Positions 49,896-54,634 of a stretch of 54,634 nucleotides of DNA are shown here, in pieces. A program made the translations under genes and the position numbers. The DNA is from Thermoproteus sp. (GTDB lineage: Archaea > Thermoproteota > Thermoprotei > Thermoproteales > Thermoproteaceae): positions 1-54,634 of the forward strand of contig JBMFIG010000009.1 in the NCBI GenBank assembly GCA_049976425.1. The letters run 5' to 3'. Each line of letters starts with the position of its first letter. The stretch's first letter is position 1. Under the pieces are notes generated by a model. That model was not told the origin of the DNA. It made no database searches and saw only the letters and a program-made list of their open reading frames with translations.

Positions 49896-49990
49896 TGGAG
49901 CCCCGGCCGGGACGTTCGGGGACGCCCCTTTCGAACCCGGGACCTCTCGCTTACCAAGCGAGCGCTCCAACCAGGCTGAGCTACCGGGGC
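49896..49990 (-). tRNA. tRNA-Thr(GGT) with a 17-nt intron at position 59/60 (49913-49929), CCA encoded
   Basis: Acceptor GCCCCGG/CCGGGGC-T-CCA, D arm GCTC..GAGC, anticodon arm CTCGC-TTGGTAA-GCGAG, T arm CCGGG-TTCGAA^T-CCCGG; BHB with central helix TTCG/CGAA. Confidence 0.96.
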
Positions 49991-50408
49991 CCCAACGGCA
50001 CAAGACAGCCGAGTATTAATTTTTTAGCCTTCTGGCATATCAGCGCTCGGAGACTGGCCTCGGCTGTGGACGGCCGCCGGACCTGTGCCGGAAGCTGACA
50101 CTACTTGCGTGCGGCCCAAGGCGAAGAGGTGGGGAGGACATGAGAAAAAGTTGCTGATGGCCGCAGAAGCCGCCAAAACCTGCATCGAGGTGATCAGGCG
50201 GACTCACCGACGACCCCATAGACGTAGCCCTAGATGGAGCTGGCACACACGTAACGTCTATAAAAGTAGAGGACTAAAGATGCAGTTAAGCTAATTCTAG
50301 ACGCTCCTATACTGATTTATCAAGAATTTTTATATATAAATCTCTATATAAATACGATAAATTTCAAAAATTTGAGGGATTCTTTTCACTGCCTGATATG
50401 CTGATGTG

Positions 50409-51602
50409 TTAGAAATTGAGCACGCGTCTTAGCCTTTCACGTGCCCTCTTGTCTGACTCGTATGGATCCTCCGTCTCTGCGGGATCTACTCTTATGAGGT
50501 GTAGATTTCTACCGTCGCGTAGATGTAGCGTTGCAACGCCTTCTTTCTCCATATACCTATAGAGCTCTGCAATGCTTCTCTCCTCGTCGTCTAGTGGCGT
50601 CCCCTCAATCGCAGGGAAGATCAAAATACCGGCGTCAGCCGAGTACTCGTACATATAGGCCATTGTCTTAAATCTGCCCAAGGCGATGTAGGAAGGTGAT
50701 GTGGAGAATTTTGTCTCCACCACAATCCTTACATCGCCGTCTTCTACAAAGACGTCAGGCCTCCCCCGGTGCAGTCTGGCGTCATTGCCGTTGTATCTCT
50801 CCACCAGGGAAGAGGTCAGCGGTTTGTTGAAGTAAATTAGGATACACTTGTTACCCTTCTTGAGGGTGAGATCCGGCTCGTCGGCTCCGGCTCTAGGACA
50901 CGCCGTTTCCTCGAATCCCGCGTTTTTGAACACATCGTAGATGAGGAAGTATGTGTATACCTCGTAAAGCCTCCAGTCGCGGAATACTACCTCTTCACCT
51001 AACCCAGCGGCGCGTCCGATCTTTACGGATCTTTCCAATGCCTTTACAAACCTATTGATTAAACACGCTCTGCGTAGCCACTCTATGTATTCAACATCTC
51101 CGCATTCCAAACTAGTCGTCCCGCTTGGGAAATGGCGCAGGAGTCTAGCTATTCCTTCCAAGAGCCTCGCCACCTCTTCGTCCCCGGCGGCCATGCGCCT
51201 CGCGGCGTTGAGCGCCTCTCTCGCTACACGCCGCATTAGCAGATACTCGGGCGCGTGTCTAGACGGGAGATAGGTGAGCGACGCGACTAGACGCGACGGC
51301 CTTACCGCAATACTCCTAGCGACGTCGATAGCCCCTTCTAGATCCGCGCCGTACACCACGCCGAATTCGCGGTAGACGAGTTTTTCTCTCAGCGCTCTCT
51401 CAACCTCAATCCTCAGAAGGCTCAACGCGTATTTTAAAGCCTCTAGGGCTAGGTCCTTAAAAGAAGCGGCGAGCGCCTCCTCCTCGTCGGCTCTGCGCAT
51501 TAGGCTTTCTATTATCTTGATGTCGGGCTGGCGATAGTAACGGAAGTATCTACGCCCTACCAACAGACCGAGGTTGCGCCTCCTTATCTCAGTCTTGTTC
51601 AC
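50409..51602 (-). CDS. mcrC: McrC-like PD-(D/E)xK nuclease subunit
   Basis: G.IDV.RS, LYEVYTY, RPDVFV....IVVETKF, K.MAYM; immediately downstream of mcrB. Confidence 0.8.
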   Translation of the reverse strand: MNKTEIRRRNLGLLVGRRYFRYYRQPDIKIIESLMRRADEEEALAASFKDLALEALKYALSLLRIEVERALREKLVYREFGVVYGADLEGAIDVARSIAVRPSRLVASLTYLPSRHAPEYLLMRRVAREALNAARRMAAGDEEVARLLEGIARLLRHFPSGTTSLECGDVEYIEWLRRACLINRFVKALERSVKIGRAAGLGEEVVFRDWRLYEVYTYFLIYDVFKNAGFEETACPRAGADEPDLTLKKGNKCILIYFNKPLTSSLVERYNGNDARLHRGRPDVFVEDGDVRIVVETKFSTSPSYIALGRFKTMAYMYEYSADAGILIFPAIEGTPLDDEERSIAELYRYMEKEGVATLHLRDGRNLHLIRVDPAETEDPYESDKRARERLRRVLNF

Positions 51603-51605
51603 GCC

Positions 51606-53000
51606 CTAGCGGTGTCCTCTTCCTAGGAGGTACTCCTTACTTCCCAACATCGCGTTTATGACCGTCTTCGCATCGACTCTCCCTCTGTCGAGATTTTTCA
51701 AGAGCTTTAGCGCGGCGATTACCGCCGCAGGCGGCACGCAACCGCCTAGCTCCTCCACCGCTTTCCTAATCTCCTGTTTTACCTCCTCAGGTCCATCGAC
51801 TCTGTCGATATAGGAGTCTACTTCTGGACACTCTGTCTTAACTATTACAAATCGCCGGAGGAAAGCCTCGCCGGTAAGGAAGAGGTTTCTCCAATCTTTT
51901 ATGTTCATAGTGGCTATAACCCTAATAAGTCTCAATGGTAAGTCCTTATATTTTCTATAATATTTGACAAACTTTTTTGAATCGTCGTCTACTTTATCGC
52001 CGTAGGCCTCGATTTCCTCTACTAGGCTTATTGGGATGCTCCAGTCGTCGCAGAGCTGAGTGCGAAATATTGCGAAAAGATCGGCGAATGCCTTATCGAT
52101 GTCGGCTCTGTTTACCTCGTCGAGTATAAGGAACACGGGTTCAGACAAGCCCCTCTCCAGCATCTCAGCCGCCATGTTATAAGCCTTTATGAAAAGCCCA
52201 GACCTCCAGAACACGCCGTCTGGCCCAAGAGACTCCCCGCCTATTACGTCCCTGCGGAACCAGAGAGAATGGGCCACGGCGATGATGTGGTTACGACTGC
52301 CTGGCGCCGCGGCTAACTCAGCAATTCTCTTGGCGAGAGCGGTCTTGCCAGTGCCGGGCGGCCCGGCGAGAAGGACATTTCCCGCCTCCAACGCCCCGAG
52401 GAGCAGGTCTAGGTCAACTGTCTTGGCAAAGAATTCTTCGCGTAGCCTCTCTCCTAACTTCCTAATACCGCTGAGGGGGCACTCAACACTTCTTGTGTGA
52501 CTGGCCACGTAACCGACGGACTGGGCGAGTTCCGCTATTTTTTCAACCAATCTGCAGTCTATTACTTCGAGAGACCCCTGGAACGTGGGGAATTCAATTC
52601 CTTTGCCGTACTCAGCCTCGGGAAGCCACAGCCTCGCCTTAATGAAAAACTTGTAATCCCAGCCGGTGCCCTTGGGCCAATAGTCGCATTTACACTCTCC
52701 AATAAGATCCTCCTCACTTACCTCCCCTACGAGCACAACCCTCCTGCCCAACTCGCTTCTCCTACGATCATCCGGCTTCTGCGATACCCCAATTACATTT
52801 ACGCTACCTGCTTCCACTACCTTTCTTTCTAGCTCTTCGTAAAGTTCTCTCCTCCCAAACCCCCACAGAACTACTCCCGCTTTCTTCTTCTCGATTTTTT
52901 GCTTGCAGTTCTCTGGACATCCCAAACTCAAACTGTCTCTATTGATGTCATTAAGCGAGTGGTACCAGTTCTCATATGCGCCTTGGATCACGAAACACAT
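51606..53000 (-). CDS. mcrB: McrB-like AAA+ GTPase with N-terminal EVE/PUA-like domain
   Basis: GPPGTGKT, ILDEVNRADIDKAF, IATMNIKD (NxxD), AFLRRF; N-term ENW...LWG...YWP..W.YKF.I. Confidence 0.88.
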   Translation of the reverse strand: MCFVIQGAYENWYHSLNDINRDSLSLGCPENCKQKIEKKKAGVVLWGFGRRELYEELERKVVEAGSVNVIGVSQKPDDRRRSELGRRVVLVGEVSEEDLIGECKCDYWPKGTGWDYKFFIKARLWLPEAEYGKGIEFPTFQGSLEVIDCRLVEKIAELAQSVGYVASHTRSVECPLSGIRKLGERLREEFFAKTVDLDLLLGALEAGNVLLAGPPGTGKTALAKRIAELAAAPGSRNHIIAVAHSLWFRRDVIGGESLGPDGVFWRSGLFIKAYNMAAEMLERGLSEPVFLILDEVNRADIDKAFADLFAIFRTQLCDDWSIPISLVEEIEAYGDKVDDDSKKFVKYYRKYKDLPLRLIRVIATMNIKDWRNLFLTGEAFLRRFVIVKTECPEVDSYIDRVDGPEEVKQEIRKAVEELGGCVPPAAVIAALKLLKNLDRGRVDAKTVINAMLGSKEYLLGRGHR

Positions 53001-53030
53001 AATCTGAATTAAATACGGGATGTTATATAT

Positions 53031-53954
53031 ATGAGGCCAGAGGCGTGGTTAACTAGAGAGGTCGCGCCCGGAATCACCCTAAAAGATCTCGCCTGGGCGC
53101 TTTACAGAACGGGGGCGTACCGGCCGCCGACAACTGAGTCGGAAATGATAGCTCTGCGCAAGATTCAGGTAAGGACTGCCGAGGGCCTAGGCAGAGGCCT
53201 TTCCAGAATAGTCCCCAAAATGCCCTACTCGCTCGGTAATAGAAAGATAGGTAACATCTGGAGCTTTGATCTCCCGCCCGTATTGACGTGTCCCTACGCC
53301 ACCTTTTGCGGCAGGTCTGGACCCCAAGGACTTTACAAAGGTAAAGGTTATATATGTTATGATTTAAACACTGCACGTTATAGCAAGCAACACCTCCTAC
53401 GCGAATATCTAAACTATATCCATATAGTGAAGGAAGGCTACGAGTGGCTGAGCGGCTGGACTAAGTTTGTGGTGCACAACCGCGGCGCGCGGATCATACG
53501 ACTGCATGTGGGCGGTGATATCTTTTCGGCGTGGTACTGGGATTTTTTAAAAAGGCTGGCGGGGGAGTTCCCCACCACAACTTTTTACCTATATACACGA
53601 TCCTTCCCAATAATTGCGGCATCTCCAGAGAGGCCCAAAAACCTCGTTGTCCTCATGTCGCTTGACGCGGCCAACTTCAGCTATCTAAATAAGTATGGCG
53701 AGTATTTCGATAACATAACCTATCTGCTGGCTGGAGAGGAGGCCGAGGCTCAGATTCCGTTGATCAGAAAAGCCGCTGAGTGGGCGGAGAAGAGGGGGAA
53801 AAGGCTTGTAGTTTTCCTAGAGCATAGTAGGAGAAAAAGTCTCATAAAGAAGATGGGGACTTTGAAAAAATATATATGTCCTAATGAGATGGGCATAGGG
53901 TTGACGTGTGAAAAATGTAGAATATGTTTCACAAAAAGCTCTAACCATCTGTGA
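53031..53954 (+). CDS. GP88-like Fe-S / radical-SAM-like protein
   Basis: GNRKI....SFDLPP..TCP..C...CY, IRLHVGGDIF, FYLYTRS, P.NL.V.MS.D, C-terminal Cx9Cx2Cx2C. Confidence 0.7.
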   Translation: MRPEAWLTREVAPGITLKDLAWALYRTGAYRPPTTESEMIALRKIQVRTAEGLGRGLSRIVPKMPYSLGNRKIGNIWSFDLPPVLTCPYATFCGRSGPQGLYKGKGYICYDLNTARYSKQHLLREYLNYIHIVKEGYEWLSGWTKFVVHNRGARIIRLHVGGDIFSAWYWDFLKRLAGEFPTTTFYLYTRSFPIIAASPERPKNLVVLMSLDAANFSYLNKYGEYFDNITYLLAGEEAEAQIPLIRKAAEWAEKRGKRLVVFLEHSRRKSLIKKMGTLKKYICPNEMGIGLTCEKCRICFTKSSNHL

Positions 53955-54169
53955 AGTTGAATACTATCTTCGTCGCCTCGTATTTTCACCATCAATAAAT
54001 AACCTACCGGAACCGATCACCACTGCGGTGGGCATGTTTGAACAACCTCTATATACATCGGTCGGCTGCGTGCCGGATATTACCAGCGGTGTGCGGACAG
54101 CGGAGCGCACGTCATAGTAGTAATTAAATCTACTATGTATCTCCTACTGCTTTTAAATAAGGTCTATAT

Positions 54170-54460
54170 GTGGAGCTGTCAAAGCCGTGGCTTGACTTAG
54201 AGGGGTATAAAAAGACGCGGATGCTGGAGGCCGAATACGAGGCTGAGCTGGCGGAGAGGTTTCTCCGACAGGGCCTTGTCAGAAACGCCGCTGGCAAGGC
54301 GTTCCAGGCGTGGAAGGCCTTGATGGGCGCCATGCTTGCCGACAAGGTCGCTGAGCTGGAGCGGCTCTACCCAGGCTCCGTGGAGATCAGAGAGGGGAGG
54401 AGGGTTAAAAAGGCCTATTGGATACTCGCCTTAGTCCCCATCGCGCCTCCGAAGGACTGC
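54170..54460 (+). pseudogene. PaREP1 (HEPN-like) gene, frameshifted/truncated
   Basis: KPW.DL..YK..R..EA.YEAELA..FL..GL.RNAAGKAFQAWKA; after ALVP the family-like SRLR continues in another frame and similarity is then lost. Confidence 0.75.
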
Positions 54461-54634
54461 GGGCCGCTGGGTCGGCACCATATGTCAATGAGCCGTCTTT
54501 TCTCAGCCGTACGTATCGTGGACGTTTGGCGGGAGGGGGACAAGCACGCTGTTAAGGCTAGGCGGGCGAGGTCTTGAAGCGGCATTCTTCACATAGGTAT
54601 ACGTGGTCGTGGGGCAACCCCCTAGACTTGAGAC

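Overview
GC-rich archaeal chromosomal segment. Gene content and features (Cdc6/RFC, DUF2258, PaREP1, tRNA with a T-loop intron, C/D sRNAs) point to Thermoproteaceae, probably Thermoproteus; this is an inference. About 1-46.7 kb is mostly housekeeping: rfcS/rfcL/cdc6 with a candidate origin, trpEGC, a cobamide salvage cluster (cobY fusion, cobO, cobT, cbiZ, cobD, cobS), ppcA, two SQR-like flavoproteins, ribosomal and translation genes, pyrG, mvk, udp, aIF2-gamma and a BMP-type nucleoside ABC transporter. Up to five box C/D guide sRNAs lie in intergenic gaps. About 46.7-54.6 kb is an accessory/defence region around tRNA-Thr(GGT), which carries a 59/60 intron. It contains an unknown three-gene cassette with an ATPase-PD-(D/E)xK fusion, an McrBC pair with an EVE-like reader domain lying head-to-head with a GP88-like Fe-S/radical-SAM-like gene, and a broken PaREP1. 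The best novelty candidates are (i) the McrBC + GP88-like module, (ii) a CobY fused to a SerK/SbnI-like amino-acid kinase domain, suggesting a new route to the cobamide linker, and (iii) the ATPase-nuclease cassette downstream of the tRNA. All family assignments come from motif recognition by eye; no database search was run.
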